Source: Candidatus Poseidoniales archaeon
Lineage (GTDB): Archaea; Thermoplasmatota; Poseidoniia; MGIII; CG-Epi1
Direction: 5' to 3'
Length of the DNA stretch: 64,000 nt
Assembly: GCA_045567855.1 (NCBI GenBank)
Contig: JBJLCC010000037.1
Location: 34,625 to 98,624 of the forward strand
Within the stretch, counting starts at the first letter, position 1. Each line of letters starts with the position of its first letter. The position numbers and the translations under genes are program-made. Positions 1 to 15,161 of the stretch are shown piece by piece. The notes beneath the pieces are model-generated. The model searched no databases. It saw only the letters and a program-made list of their open reading frames with translations, and had not been told where the DNA came from.

Positions 1-2623
1 TTTATTAATTTCATTTTCATTAACATAAGCCTTAATCACGAATTCATGATAATTCGCAGTGGATACCCATTCAAATGTGAAACTTTCACTTTTCTCAGGT
101 TCTATACTGAAAGAAGAAGTATGAACTAATTCCGAATCAATATAAAGTTCATAGTATCCAATTGCAATATGGCCATTGTAGTTATTTGTATTGTTGTATG
201 TTTCATTGTAATTCTTCAATACAGTCTTAATCTCATGTTTAGTTCCTCTTTCTTTTGATCCACTTATTTCTATTTCATTGATGAATATATCTGCCCAGCC
301 AGTGATATCAACGCTACTACTACTTTCGTTACGGTTTCCATTTTCATCAATTAACGAATATTCTAAAATTATTACGCCTGCATACTCCATTTCAAATATT
401 AAATTAAAGTTAGATCCTTGATCTACGTAATCAAATTCAGCCCTTTGATTTTCTTTATTATCTATGATTTTAATTTTAAGGTATTCGATATTTGCCTCAC
501 TTTCAACATCAAATGCATTTAAGTATATTTCAAAATCTTCACCAACACGAGGAGCGGAAGGGGCAGTTTGCAGAATGCCCGTGGGCTTAGAGTTAAGATA
601 GATTTCATGTTCGTAATAGGCCGTGCCAACTGGGGTTTGCTGAACGGTCAAATTCATGAGATGGTAACCCCCTGAGCTGATGTATGTGGAGATAATTTCA
701 TTATTGCTGTCTAAAATTTCGCCATCTAGCGTCCAAATGTAGTTTAATCCCAGTCCAGTGGACTGACTTCCATTAAAATCAACCCATGTTCCTTCATTTA
801 TTTGATTATTAAATTCAAAATAAGCAGTAGGTTTGTCGTAAACAGTAATGTCTAGTTCAAATTTATTTGTCCACAAATTACTTTCTGAATCTCTTCCAGT
901 GGCAATCAATTTGTAATTACCTTTTTCATTGAAGGCGATAGTTTTGGACAAATTAATAGTTGATTCATCATTAAGTAATAACAAATTAGATGAATTTATT
1001 TGATATACTTTCCAATTATAGAGGTTAATTTCTCCAAGAGTAGAAACAATTATTTCAGCATCTTGATTAACAACAAGATTGATTTCTTCATAATTTAAGG
1101 AGATTATAGGTAAATTTGTTCCAGACAGAATAAATGTTTCAGTTGTATTTCCTCCTCGCGGATCACTTACAGTTAATTCAATATTATGATTTCCTTCCAC
1201 AAACGATAAATCTAGATATTGTCCATAGGAAATGCTTGAATCATAATTCCATTGATATGTGAGTACTGTATTATCGTTGTCTGTTGATGCACCTGCATCG
1301 ATTCGTATTTCTCTATTTGTAGGTATTATCCATTGATTAGTCCCGGTCAAGAGCCCTTCATCAATATTGATATCAGGATTTGGGGGTGAATTTTTAACAT
1401 ATATCATTATAGTTGATTCGCTTACTCCATTTTGATCATCAGTCAGCCTTAAAGTTATGTTATAGTAACCAGGAAATGAAAAATAATGAGTAGGGTTTAT
1501 TTCATTTGATGTGGTTCCATCTCCAAAATTCCACAGCCATTCCTCAATTTCCCCGTCCGAATCTGTAGAACTATCTGTAAATTCAAATGGCGTTAAGGTG
1601 TTTCCACTGCCTGGTGCAATTGTGAAGACTACATTAGGTAGTGAATTGATAACTTCTATAGTGTAATATGTAGTGCTTATATCATTTAGATTATCAGTTA
1701 ATTTTAGAGAAACATCAAAGATTCCTGAATCTGTATATGTATGCTCCTTAACCATCTGATTAGAAGTTCTTCCATCATCAAAATTCCAGTAATAAAAGTC
1801 AATTTCCCCGTCCAAGTCATAAGAATCTGTTGCGTCAAATGTTATGCTCTCACCAAGCATAATTGTCATGCTTGAGATGCTTACACTAGCAATTGGTGCC
1901 TTGTTGACGAATATATTGAGAATATAGGTGTCTTCCAGTCCATGATTATCTCTTACAGTTAGCGTTACATTGTATTCACCGTTTTCAGTAAATACGTGTA
2001 CTGGGTTGTCAGTATAGTTGTATTTTCCGTCTCCAAAGTCCCATGTGTAGTTTACTATCTGGCCGTCTTCATCCCTTGATTCGTTTCCGTAGAATTGCAA
2101 GGCCTCTCCTTCAGTTACTACTGCTTCATCAGCGTCTGCGTTGGCAATGTGGTTTTGAGAGAAAGCTGATGTCCAGACTATAATATTTAATCGCCATCTG
2201 ACTTCAATATTCTCTATTTTCCATCCAGATTCAGTTATCCGTTGTATGCTAAAGAGTTTGGGTATGTGTCTTTAGCTAAAATGATCCCTGCTCTGTAAGG
2301 GTCTCCGCTGTCCCCTCTGTTTGTCTCCAGAGTCCAAGTCATCATTCGCCATCAGCTTCCTCCAAATCCATTCCTTTATGCTCTTCATCGTTGTTAACTG
2401 TGTTTGAGCTCCATTTCGAAAGCATTATTTCTTCGTCGATGTGCCAGATTAAGAGCCCTTCTCCAGGGAGATAAGTATCATATTTTGTTTGCTGCCGATT
2501 TTCTAGTAGGAAATATTGCTCCTGAGGCAGTCCAGTTGCCCAGGTATCGGTAGTTTGTAAATATTTACCACCTTCCGATACCGGTTCGATGACAAGATTT
2601 GCGATATCGTCATCTTCGCACTG
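1..2623 (-). pseudogene. C-terminal continuation of the M6 protease in shifted frames: M6-like LLIWHIDEE and NRGDSGDPY motifs followed by at least 5 PKD (WxFGDG) domains; runs off the window start; disrupted by at least 3 frameshifts (or sequencing indels)
   Basis: Frame B (2623 down to stop at 2342-2344) reads ..YFLLENRQQTKYDTYLPGEGLLIWHIDEEIMLSKW..DEEHKGMDLEEADGE*; frame C (2351 down to 2235) reads ETNRGDSGDPYRAGII..; frame D (2271 down to 1) is one open frame with WDFGDG/WNFDDG/WNFGDG PKD repeats. Confidence 0.7.
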
Positions 2624-3357
2624 CTAATCGGTTCATCCCAACCTAACCAGTATCGTGAATACGCACTAAAGTATACGGGTGTTTCACCGTTGTTTCCCCA
2701 CGATCCCGCAGCCATTACAGCCCAATTACCTACGCCCTCTGAACTTCCATCAGTATCATAGTAGTCTGGTAGGCCTAACTCGTGACCAAACTCGTGGCAC
2801 CAAACTCCCAAGGGATTTTTCTCTCCATTTGATAACTGATATTCAGGAACTTGACTTATTCCATCAACAAAGTGATCATTGCCGTCCTCATCTTCGTCAT
2901 CAGTACTAATTCTTAAAGTTGGCCAATGTGCTGACCAAATATCATTACTGTCACCAGAAGATTCACCCCCCGGGCCAGAGTGTATTGCTACAACAGCATC
3001 GTAGTCGGGAAAATAAATATCGTTGTCAGCAATCTCTACACTATCTTTAACAAAGTCTGGGCCGCTAGAGTAATTAGCAGCGCTTCCATTGAGTGTGTAT
3101 GGGCCATAAACATTACCTTCAATATTTAGAGCTCCTTTAGAAACTTCATCGAAATAGTCCCACATTGAGTTTGTACTTGCGAAGGCAGTATCTTCAAAAT
3201 AATCCTGATCATATTCCTCTTGAAAATCTTGGTCTTCAAATTCAGCCATGATGAAAGCAACATTTATGTTGCCACTGGTTGGAGCAGCACTTACTGAGTT
3301 AACTGCCATTATGGCCAAAAATAAAATTCCGATTACCGATAAATACCTCACATTCAC
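2503..3357 (-). CDS. M6-family (immune inhibitor A-like) zinc metalloprotease, signal peptide plus catalytic part; ORF ends prematurely because of a frameshift
   Basis: N-terminal signal peptide MNVRYLSVIGILFLAIMAVNSVSA; HEFGHELGLPDYYD (HExxH zincin motif, M6-like context); conserved downstream motifs continue in a different frame (see next feature). Confidence 0.75.
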   Translation of the reverse strand: MNVRYLSVIGILFLAIMAVNSVSAAPTSGNINVAFIMAEFEDQDFQEEYDQDYFEDTAFASTNSMWDYFDEVSKGALNIEGNVYGPYTLNGSAANYSSGPDFVKDSVEIADNDIYFPDYDAVVAIHSGPGGESSGDSNDIWSAHWPTLRISTDDEDEDGNDHFVDGISQVPEYQLSNGEKNPLGVWCHEFGHELGLPDYYDTDGSSEGVGNWAVMAAGSWGNNGETPVYFSAYSRYWLGWDEPISSAKMTISQILSSNRYRKVVNIYKLPIPGQLDCLRSNISY

Positions 3358-3388
3358 ATCTCATCAATAATGGCTTAGATATTAAACT

Positions 3389-4405
3389 TCAGTTTGACAC
3401 AAAACCTAAAGGATCTGAAATGATATTATCTCTAGACTCATGAGAGATTTTAACCGGTTTATCTCCATAGAAAACTTTGTTGTTACTTCTCATGGTATCT
3501 AAAGTTGCTACTCCCATAGCGAAATTAACTGCTGCACCTGCACGGAAACCGGCATATTCATCAGGTATTGAGTTCAGATAGGCTTTAACGGGCTCAATAT
3601 GTTTACATGCGTTATCTAGCATATATTCAAGTATTTCCATTGACTTCTCTTTGTTGGCTTCGTCAAGTAATTTCTCAGGTTTCACCTGATATTTTTCAAA
3701 GAGGAATCCCGGCCAGAATATTTTTTCATTGTCCAGAATATCTTCTCTGAAATCTCTAATAATGTTAACTTTTTGAAGGAATAATCCAAAATCTCTTTCA
3801 TTCTCTTTTAGAATAGATGAATCTTCCTCAGATAAATCTTTTGATCTTTTCCTAATGAGTTCAGTCAAAAATCCGGATGGAGTTCCAGCAACATAGTAAC
3901 AATATTCATCTAAATCATCAAAAGAATATACTTCTTGTTTAAGAAATTTTTGCATTCCGAAATTCATCTCTTTTAGCCATCTAACCATGCATTCTTTTGT
4001 GGCCTCATCAAAACTACTGTGAACGGCTAAGACACTTTTCATATTTTTAACTAAATCTCTATATTTTGGATTTTGGACCATTTCGTCAGCAGAACCGGTT
4101 AAAATATCAATCTTTTCTTTTGTGCTTTCGGAGTTAGGATTTTCTAAAATTTCCATCAACATATTCATAGCTTCGATTCTTTCTTCCAATGTGATTTCTC
4201 TTCTTCCAATATCGTCTTCAAAGGTGTCTAAAATTCTAGCTTCTAAGTAGCCTACCATTATTGGGCCAAGAATATTTTCCTCAACTAATGGGATTGTTAA
4301 AGCAAATGATCTGGAGACAGATTGTAATGCACCTTTACAGTATTCCATGCTATCTTGTAAAAGCTCTCCAGTTTTGCTTTTGACTGCTCCGTATAGTGAT
4401 GGCAT
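3389..4405 (-). CDS. squalene/phytoene synthase family (head-to-head trans-isoprenyl diphosphate synthase)
   Basis: SRSFALTIPLV, ARILDTFEDD (first Asp-rich motif), YCYYVAGT, NIIRDFREDILD (second Asp-rich region). Confidence 0.75.
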   Translation of the reverse strand: MPSLYGAVKSKTGELLQDSMEYCKGALQSVSRSFALTIPLVEENILGPIMVGYLEARILDTFEDDIGRREITLEERIEAMNMLMEILENPNSESTKEKIDILTGSADEMVQNPKYRDLVKNMKSVLAVHSSFDEATKECMVRWLKEMNFGMQKFLKQEVYSFDDLDEYCYYVAGTPSGFLTELIRKRSKDLSEEDSSILKENERDFGLFLQKVNIIRDFREDILDNEKIFWPGFLFEKYQVKPEKLLDEANKEKSMEILEYMLDNACKHIEPVKAYLNSIPDEYAGFRAGAAVNFAMGVATLDTMRSNNKVFYGDKPVKISHESRDNIISDPLGFVSN

Positions 4406-4469
4406 GTTAACCTTTTTCGGAGTTTGTAACTTGCCGAAGCGTATTTAAAATTAGGTTTTTTAGAGTTTT

Positions 4470-5240
4470 ATGAAACCACTGTCGGAAATAAATAAGAAAC
4501 GTTTAGAGAAAATTAAAGTTTTAATGTTCGATCTAGATGGGACATTTATAAGTAATGATACTCTTAAATCTTCAACATATAGATGTTTAGAAAAGTTGAA
4601 GGATAATCAAATCAAAACAGTGGTTGTGACTGGTAGACCTGCAGGTTGGTGCGACTTAATTGCCAGATGGTGGCCAGTTAATTCAGTAATAGGCGAAAAT
4701 GGTGCACTGTCTTATTCGATGCTTGATGGGACAATGGATCGACAATTTTTTGATAATACTGTCAATTTAAAGAAATCTAAAGAATTTTTAGATTTTCTTT
4801 TCGATGAGATCAAAGCAAACTTTGGAGATATTCATTTAGCTTCAGATCAATCCTTCAGGCAATGGGATTTAGCTTTAGATATATCTGAAGAGAATAATCT
4901 ATCTTTAAAGAAAGTTCGAGAAATTTATGATTTTTGTATTAGTAAAGGTGCCAATGCAGCTATCTCCAATATACATTTAAATATCTGGTACGGTAACTAT
5001 ACAAAGTGCGATATGGCATTAAAAATTCTGCATAATTGGAATATAAAAATTGATGAATGTGTGTATGTAGGTGACTCACCAAATGATTCGCCAATGTTCA
5101 AAAAGTTCCCATTTTCCGTTGGCGTTAAATCAGTTTTAAGGTATTCTGATTTCATGCAGGATTACCCCTCATATGTGACCGAGAGAGATGGTAATCAAGG
5201 CTTTGAAGATTTAGTGGATTCTATTCTTTCGACCAAGTAA
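4470..5240 (+). CDS. HAD-IIB (Cof-type) sugar-phosphate phosphatase
   Basis: MFDLDGTFI (DxDGT), VVVTGRP, C-terminal GDSPND motif. Confidence 0.7.
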   Translation: MKPLSEINKKRLEKIKVLMFDLDGTFISNDTLKSSTYRCLEKLKDNQIKTVVVTGRPAGWCDLIARWWPVNSVIGENGALSYSMLDGTMDRQFFDNTVNLKKSKEFLDFLFDEIKANFGDIHLASDQSFRQWDLALDISEENNLSLKKVREIYDFCISKGANAAISNIHLNIWYGNYTKCDMALKILHNWNIKIDECVYVGDSPNDSPMFKKFPFSVGVKSVLRYSDFMQDYPSYVTERDGNQGFEDLVDSILSTK

Positions 5241-5700
5241 TGCCTTTTTGGTTTTGATAATTTCCGCTTCTATCTGAATATAACTCATCGGCAGGCGTGG
5301 ATAGTTTTTCAAAGACAATTTGTGCAAAAGTATTTCCAACTTCAATAGTTACCTCATCATTACTTGAATTTAGTCCTAGAAGAGTTAAATTCCCTTTGAA
5401 ACCAGAATCTATCTTTCCGAAGCTGCAAATGATTCCTTTCCGAGCCCAACTTGTCCTTAGCCATAATTGCCCACAATGATTTTCTCCACAAGAAATAATT
5501 TCCTCTGTTGAAATCGCAAATCTATTGTTAGGAGGTATACAAAGAGGACCTTCGGAGATTTTTTTTTCGTCGGGTATCTCAATCTCACTGACAGTTAAGT
5601 CATACCCATTTGGAGTGAGATTATCTTCTTTAAATGGCTCAATAACAATTTGTTTATCTGCAATTAATTTGATAATGCTTTTATCGGAGAGAACAGTCAT
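5221..5700 (-). CDS. dcd: dCTP deaminase
   Basis: MTVLSDKSIIKLI..IEPFKEDNLTPNGYDLTV and C-terminal FEKLSTPADELYSDRSGNYQNQKG resemble archaeal dCTP deaminase/dUTPase family. Confidence 0.7.
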   Translation of the reverse strand: MTVLSDKSIIKLIADKQIVIEPFKEDNLTPNGYDLTVSEIEIPDEKKISEGPLCIPPNNRFAISTEEIISCGENHCGQLWLRTSWARKGIICSFGKIDSGFKGNLTLLGLNSSNDEVTIEVGNTFAQIVFEKLSTPADELYSDRSGNYQNQKGITWSKE

Positions 5701-6975
5701 TTATTTTCTTATTTCAGTTAATAATTTTTCAGCTATATCGGCTCTTACTTTTCCGGATTGCTTTAATTTCTCCGCAAGTACATCAATTTCCTTTCCTTTA
5801 GCGCCGGCTTGCACTGCTAAGTTTCTTGCATGTAATCCCATGTGCCCTCTTTGAATTCCTTCGGATGCAAGAGCCCTAAGTGCGCCCAAGTTTTGACATA
5901 ATCCTACTGCACAGATTACCTGAGATAACTCAGCGGCACCTCCAGGAATCTTAACATCTAATATTTTTACGCAAGTTTTAGCCGTTGGATGCGTTGCAGT
6001 TGCTCCTCCAACTAGTCCAATAGCCATAGGAATCTCGATTGTTCCCATCAAGTCTCCATCCACTGTTTTTACCCATTCTGTAAAAGAGGAATGCCCTTCT
6101 TTCCAGTTAGAGTATGTGTGTGCACCTGCCTCGATAGCTCTCCAATCGTTCCCAGTAGCAATTACAACAGGATCAATTCCATTCATTATACCTTTATTGT
6201 GAGTAGCTACACGGAATGGATCTGCGCAAGCGAACGCAAAAGCTTCGATAATCCCATCGACAATTTCTTCTCCCCCTAAAAACTCAGCAGGCCAAACAGC
6301 AGTGGCCTTAGTCTTACGGTGTATAGCTAAGTTCGAAATAATTCGTAAGTACACTCTTCCACCAGTTATGGTTTCTAACCTAGGGGCAACAGCTTCAGCC
6401 ATTGTATTTACCGCATTAGCACCCATTGCATCTCTACAATCAACTAGCAAATGTGTTATGACCATAGGTCCTGTTTGTGAATCTAAAACTCTTACTTCGA
6501 TTCCCTTGCATCCTCCGCCAAATTTTACTAAAATAGGATCTTGTTCGTTTGCAAGTTTGACGATTTCATCCTTTTTATTTAGTATATCTTCTTTGGCCTT
6601 GAAAGGATCTTTAAGATTTACAAGTTGAATTTGGCCAATCATTACAGGTTCATCAGAACTTGCAGATATTCCTCCCATTTTACGTGCACCTTTTGCCATA
6701 TGTGTAGCAGCAGCTACAACTGATGGCTCTTCAACTGCCATTGGTACAATGTAATCTTTACCATTTATCTGAAAATTTGGAGCAAATCCTAGAGGAAGAG
6801 GAAATGTGCCGACTACATTTTCGATCATTCGATTTGCAGTTTCTTTTCCAAGAGCTCCGTATCCGCTAATTGTTTTCATTTCTTCTTCAGTCAATTTTGC
6901 AAAATTCTTAACAAAATCTAATCTTTCAGACGGGTTTTTTTTGTAAAAACCCGGAGCTTCTGAGCTTTTAGTCAT
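5701..6975 (-). CDS. hmgA: 3-hydroxy-3-methylglutaryl-CoA reductase (class I)
   Basis: DAMGANAVNTMAE, ENVVGTFPLPLG, 424 aa. Confidence 0.9.
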   Translation of the reverse strand: MTKSSEAPGFYKKNPSERLDFVKNFAKLTEEEMKTISGYGALGKETANRMIENVVGTFPLPLGFAPNFQINGKDYIVPMAVEEPSVVAAATHMAKGARKMGGISASSDEPVMIGQIQLVNLKDPFKAKEDILNKKDEIVKLANEQDPILVKFGGGCKGIEVRVLDSQTGPMVITHLLVDCRDAMGANAVNTMAEAVAPRLETITGGRVYLRIISNLAIHRKTKATAVWPAEFLGGEEIVDGIIEAFAFACADPFRVATHNKGIMNGIDPVVIATGNDWRAIEAGAHTYSNWKEGHSSFTEWVKTVDGDLMGTIEIPMAIGLVGGATATHPTAKTCVKILDVKIPGGAAELSQVICAVGLCQNLGALRALASEGIQRGHMGLHARNLAVQAGAKGKEIDVLAEKLKQSGKVRADIAEKLLTEIRK

Positions 6976-7012
6976 GTTAGGCCAAGGAAGTATAAATTAA
7001 AGATAATTGGTT

Positions 7013-10000
7013 CTAAAGTGGAGAGTCTCCAATCAATCCACAATGTGGGCACATGACTTCGCTTTCATCCCCAGCAAGATTCTCAAATTCCTTTTGACAT
7101 CCTCCCTCACAAACGAAAACTACGGTACGAGAGAATTGGCTTCCTTGAAGGACACTAAATGAAGGCTTTTCTTCAATAACAGAGTCTATCTCTTCCTTGG
7201 CTAGAATCTCGACCGGAACTAATATACTCGAGTTTTCAACATCAATAGGAACTTCTTCAACTTTATTCTTGAAGATATACGCACCTGAAGCAACGGCAGT
7301 TAAGATTAGCAATACTGCAACAATCATGTAGTTATCTATCTGAGTTGAATCTTTGTTACCGCTAGCTGCACTGTTAATGTTTTCATATTCTACAAATATT
7401 TCAAGCATCTCACCTTCCATATTGGCATTTAGGTACCCCATTCGATCTACTGAAATTATTCGGTAATAGTGGAAGCCTCCGCTCAAATTATAAATTTCAT
7501 AACTCATTTTAGTTTTCGTAAACTGAATATTTTCAATAGTCTCCCAAGGCCGAGAAAAATTATTTCTACTCTCGATAATATATGATATGGCGTCTTCAGC
7601 CTCAATCCATTTAATAGTTAAATTATTTTGCCCAGTAATTTCATACTCGACAGATTGAACTGGCATCGGTAACCTATTATCTATGGTTGTAGCTAAATCA
7701 TATCCTGAATAGGATATAGAAATAGATGAGTTTTCAGGTGGAAGGTATCCTATATCGCCATTTCCAAAAACTAGCTTTCCAAATTCATAATCTATCCAAT
7801 ATTGATTTGCTTTCATACCTGATAAATCATTTCCATTGTATTCTTGTAAAACTTTATCGTAAATTCCGTTTCGGTTTTCGTCAACTATAATCTCAACGTT
7901 CTTTAGCTTTCCTGTCATCACAGGTTTTAATGGAATTGTTGGTAGTTCAATTTCATTGGTCATATTTTCATAGTCAAATATAAATTCAAATTCTTCTCGT
8001 GAATATTCATTACCTGCGTAATCGATTGGTTTAATTCTGAAATAGTATGTGTATCCATCAACTAGATTTCTAATTGTGTAATCATCATTAATCCATTCCT
8101 CATCAAATGGTTTCCATTCTAGTATATCTTCATTGTTCTCATTAAGCCTAGAATATTCTATTTCTAGTTCTGACAATTCTTCAGACTTATATTCAACAGA
8201 CAAGACTAAGTCATCTGTATTTCTTAATAAATCAATTTGGTTTAATTTAACTGAGGGCTTCACTCTGTCAAATGTGATAGTAACATCAGGTATTAGTTTG
8301 AGCTCTTTATTTCCAGAGTAATCGATACTTCTTGATCTAACTAAGTATGTCCCATCCGCTCCCGGATTAAACCAATATTCTCCTATTCCAGTAAAGAGGC
8401 CATAGCTTGACCATTCAGTATCATTGATTTCTTTGTATTCTATAACGTACGCAGATATGTCAAATGTCCCATTTTCTTTCCAGTTAAGAGTAACACCATT
8501 AAGATTTGTATATTGTAAATTCCCTTCACTAAGCCACAATTCAGATCTAGGTAAATCCATGTCAATTCTAACTTCGGTGTCATATACTCCTTTGAATTCT
8601 TTGTTTCCGTTAATATCTACCCCTATTGTACGGAATCGGTATATCATTCCATTTTCTACAGAAAAATTAGTTGAGAATATATTTGTATAATAGTCGTAAA
8701 GTATCCAATCACCTATCGAGCTTCCGTCTTTAATTTGATAATATAAGTAAAACCCCACAAGATCACCTTCATTTGATATTTCTTTCCATGTTAATGGTAT
8801 TATTGTAGAATTTTTGTAAAAACCATTTTCGTCAACTTTTGTTATTGGAGCAGTAGTATCCAGCATAATTGGAATCTTATAAGTGGCATCTTTGTAATTC
8901 CACAAATTTGCTTGTGGAAAGGTTACAAAAATTTCTTGATCAAACCACTGTGTGTTTTGAGGATTACCTACAACGCTGGCGATGACGTTTTCACCCTGCA
9001 GTAGATAGTTAGTGAAAATTTGCACTTCGTCATTCCAATATTCAGCTCCATGTCCACTCCCTTCGTCTAAATCTCCAAAAACAAATATTCCATTAATGTA
9101 ATGATCTCCATAGTTGTTACTTGCAACATTAATGTTCATAACACCATTTTCATAAATTCCGAGATTTGTTATGTTAAAGACATGTCTGAAATAGGCATAA
9201 TTATCATCATCCCACTCAGTTTTGTAATTTACACCCTCAATTGAGCTGTCACCAAATGGAGAGTAAGCACTTGCCCAATCGGTATCATTAAATGACGATG
9301 TGGTCCAGTTTGTATTTCCATAAAGTTCTTCATAGTCACTTGATTCTATCCACTTCCATGTGACATCAGCATCTCTTCCGCTGTTAAGGAGGTTTTGTTG
9401 AACAGTATAATCATGTTCAGTATTTACTGTGAAAGAAAGATTATGGTACCCATCTTCAATTGATGAAGGTAATACCGCATTAATAGTTACATCTATAGAT
9501 TCTCCTGGCTGAAGTATAAACTCATTTGGAGTAAATGTTATTTGTGAATTTATTTCTCCAGATGAGGGAATCAAAGTAACATTATCAGTAATCCCTCCAT
9601 TATTTGTAATTGTAATAATTTTTGTTAGTATTCTGGTTTGATTAATATGCTCAAGATTCTCGTCAATTTCCGTTTTCAGGCGATATATCTTTGCACTAAC
9701 GTTCAAGTGTAAGTCATTATTTGATAAAATGGTATCGTTGCAGTTACAAGTAATGTTTATGTTAAGTGTATTTTCACCGATATATTTGGGGGTCCAAGTA
9801 AAAAATATTAAATCTTCATATTCTTGAGGCATACTCGAGAAAGACACTAAGCTAATATTCGTTTCGTTAGTGTATGATCTTATATTTACATCGTTAGAAA
9901 TCTCATCACCATTATTTCCTCCATTAACTGCAACTGTAATAGTATCTCCAAAAATTATAGATTCATTAGTTGGTTCAAAAACGCTAGCAGTTATTTGTAA

Positions 10001-10633
10001 GTCGAGCCATTGTCTATTCTGGTTTCCGCTACCCCAAACGTAATCTCTTCCATAAACTGCAAGAACATTCTGCCCTCTCAAAAAGTCTTCAGGTTCGATT
10101 GAACTGGTTCCGTCATCATTCCAATAATCAGCTCCGTGGGAATTTCCGCCAGATTCTTCGTAGATTAAATTACCATTAATGTAAGGTGTACAATAATTTG
10201 CAAAAGCCACATTAATCTCAGCTTCAGTTACTATACCATTAAGTTGAAACTTGTGACGGATTAAAATAATATCATCATTATAAGGCGAGCTTCCCGACGT
10301 GTCCCAATCTGTATTTGGATCTACATTATTGTCACTTCTATCTCCAAATGGTGCAGCTCCGAAGACCCATGACGTGTCATTGAAATCAGGTTTTGACCAA
10401 TTCAATGGAGCCTCTGAATAATCATCAATAATCAAATATTTGTAATATGTTGCGTTATCTCTTCCACTTTGGACAATGGTCAAGCTTTCAGCATTATCTT
10501 TAGAATACATCACTTCATTAATATACGGTTCTTGTTGAGCTCCAGAAGTAGGCATAAATGCAATGGTAATTAAGGTCAAAATCACCAAAATCATCATTAA
10601 AGCATATGATTTCACGATATTAAAATTGTACAT
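7013..10633 (-). CDS. giant cell-surface protein: signal peptide, duplicated ~200-aa beta-rich module, FN3-like domains, many N-x-S/T sequons, C-terminal TM anchor plus cytoplasmic Zn-ribbon tail
   Basis: 1206-aa ORF; N-terminal hydrophobic signal; two homologous segments (NWSKPDFNDTSWVFGAAPFGD../SGGNSHGADYWND and NWTTSSFNDTDWASAYSPFGD../SGHGAEYWND); TM MIVAVLLILTAVASGAYIF; tail CEGGCQ..(18)..CPHCG. Confidence 0.8.
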   Translation of the reverse strand: MYNFNIVKSYALMMILVILTLITIAFMPTSGAQQEPYINEVMYSKDNAESLTIVQSGRDNATYYKYLIIDDYSEAPLNWSKPDFNDTSWVFGAAPFGDRSDNNVDPNTDWDTSGSSPYNDDIILIRHKFQLNGIVTEAEINVAFANYCTPYINGNLIYEESGGNSHGADYWNDDGTSSIEPEDFLRGQNVLAVYGRDYVWGSGNQNRQWLDLQITASVFEPTNESIIFGDTITVAVNGGNNGDEISNDVNIRSYTNETNISLVSFSSMPQEYEDLIFFTWTPKYIGENTLNINITCNCNDTILSNNDLHLNVSAKIYRLKTEIDENLEHINQTRILTKIITITNNGGITDNVTLIPSSGEINSQITFTPNEFILQPGESIDVTINAVLPSSIEDGYHNLSFTVNTEHDYTVQQNLLNSGRDADVTWKWIESSDYEELYGNTNWTTSSFNDTDWASAYSPFGDSSIEGVNYKTEWDDDNYAYFRHVFNITNLGIYENGVMNINVASNNYGDHYINGIFVFGDLDEGSGHGAEYWNDEVQIFTNYLLQGENVIASVVGNPQNTQWFDQEIFVTFPQANLWNYKDATYKIPIMLDTTAPITKVDENGFYKNSTIIPLTWKEISNEGDLVGFYLYYQIKDGSSIGDWILYDYYTNIFSTNFSVENGMIYRFRTIGVDINGNKEFKGVYDTEVRIDMDLPRSELWLSEGNLQYTNLNGVTLNWKENGTFDISAYVIEYKEINDTEWSSYGLFTGIGEYWFNPGADGTYLVRSRSIDYSGNKELKLIPDVTITFDRVKPSVKLNQIDLLRNTDDLVLSVEYKSEELSELEIEYSRLNENNEDILEWKPFDEEWINDDYTIRNLVDGYTYYFRIKPIDYAGNEYSREEFEFIFDYENMTNEIELPTIPLKPVMTGKLKNVEIIVDENRNGIYDKVLQEYNGNDLSGMKANQYWIDYEFGKLVFGNGDIGYLPPENSSISISYSGYDLATTIDNRLPMPVQSVEYEITGQNNLTIKWIEAEDAISYIIESRNNFSRPWETIENIQFTKTKMSYEIYNLSGGFHYYRIISVDRMGYLNANMEGEMLEIFVEYENINSAASGNKDSTQIDNYMIVAVLLILTAVASGAYIFKNKVEEVPIDVENSSILVPVEILAKEEIDSVIEEKPSFSVLQGSQFSRTVVFVCEGGCQKEFENLAGDESEVMCPHCGLIGDSPL

Positions 10634-10708
10634 ATCTATTAAAAAGGTTTTGCATTTTAATACGAGAAGAACTATTTATTATCACCTCTCTAGTATATCA
10701 TAGATACG

Positions 10709-14844
<4,136 letters not shown>

Positions 14845-14846
14845 AA

Positions 14847-15161
14847 TTATTTCTCTTCTTTATCATCATCAAAATAAGACTGCACTCTATCTATTTCCTT
14901 TTCAACTCTTTCATTCAAAGTTACTGCAAATTTCGCTAATGCCATTACTAATATTGTTACAGCAATTGCACTGATATACATACCTTGTAGTGTTCCGTCA
15001 TCGGTGTTGGGTAGCATATACTCAACTGTAGCAATAATTGTGTCTTTCCACACTAGAGCCACAACAAGACCAAAAGCAGTCATTACAGAGGATAATACTA
15101 TGCCTCTTACATTTAATTTTTCAACATTTTCTTTAAAGTCACTCATTTTTTTCCTCAACAA
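14847..15161 (-). CDS. small 2-TM membrane protein, unknown function
   Basis: 104-aa ORF with two hydrophobic helices and an acidic C-terminus; tightly packed after purA. Confidence 0.45.
   Translation of the reverse strand: MLRKKMSDFKENVEKLNVRGIVLSSVMTAFGLVVALVWKDTIIATVEYMLPNTDDGTLQGMYISAIAVTILVMALAKFAVTLNERVEKEIDRVQSYFDDDKEEK

Noticed and set aside
2503-2560. C-terminal tail ..VVNIYKLPIPGQLDCLRSNISY as the genuine end of the M6 protease
   Set aside because: Conserved M6 motifs and PKD domains continue downstream in other frames with no intervening gene. The tail is most likely out-of-frame translation after a frameshift.
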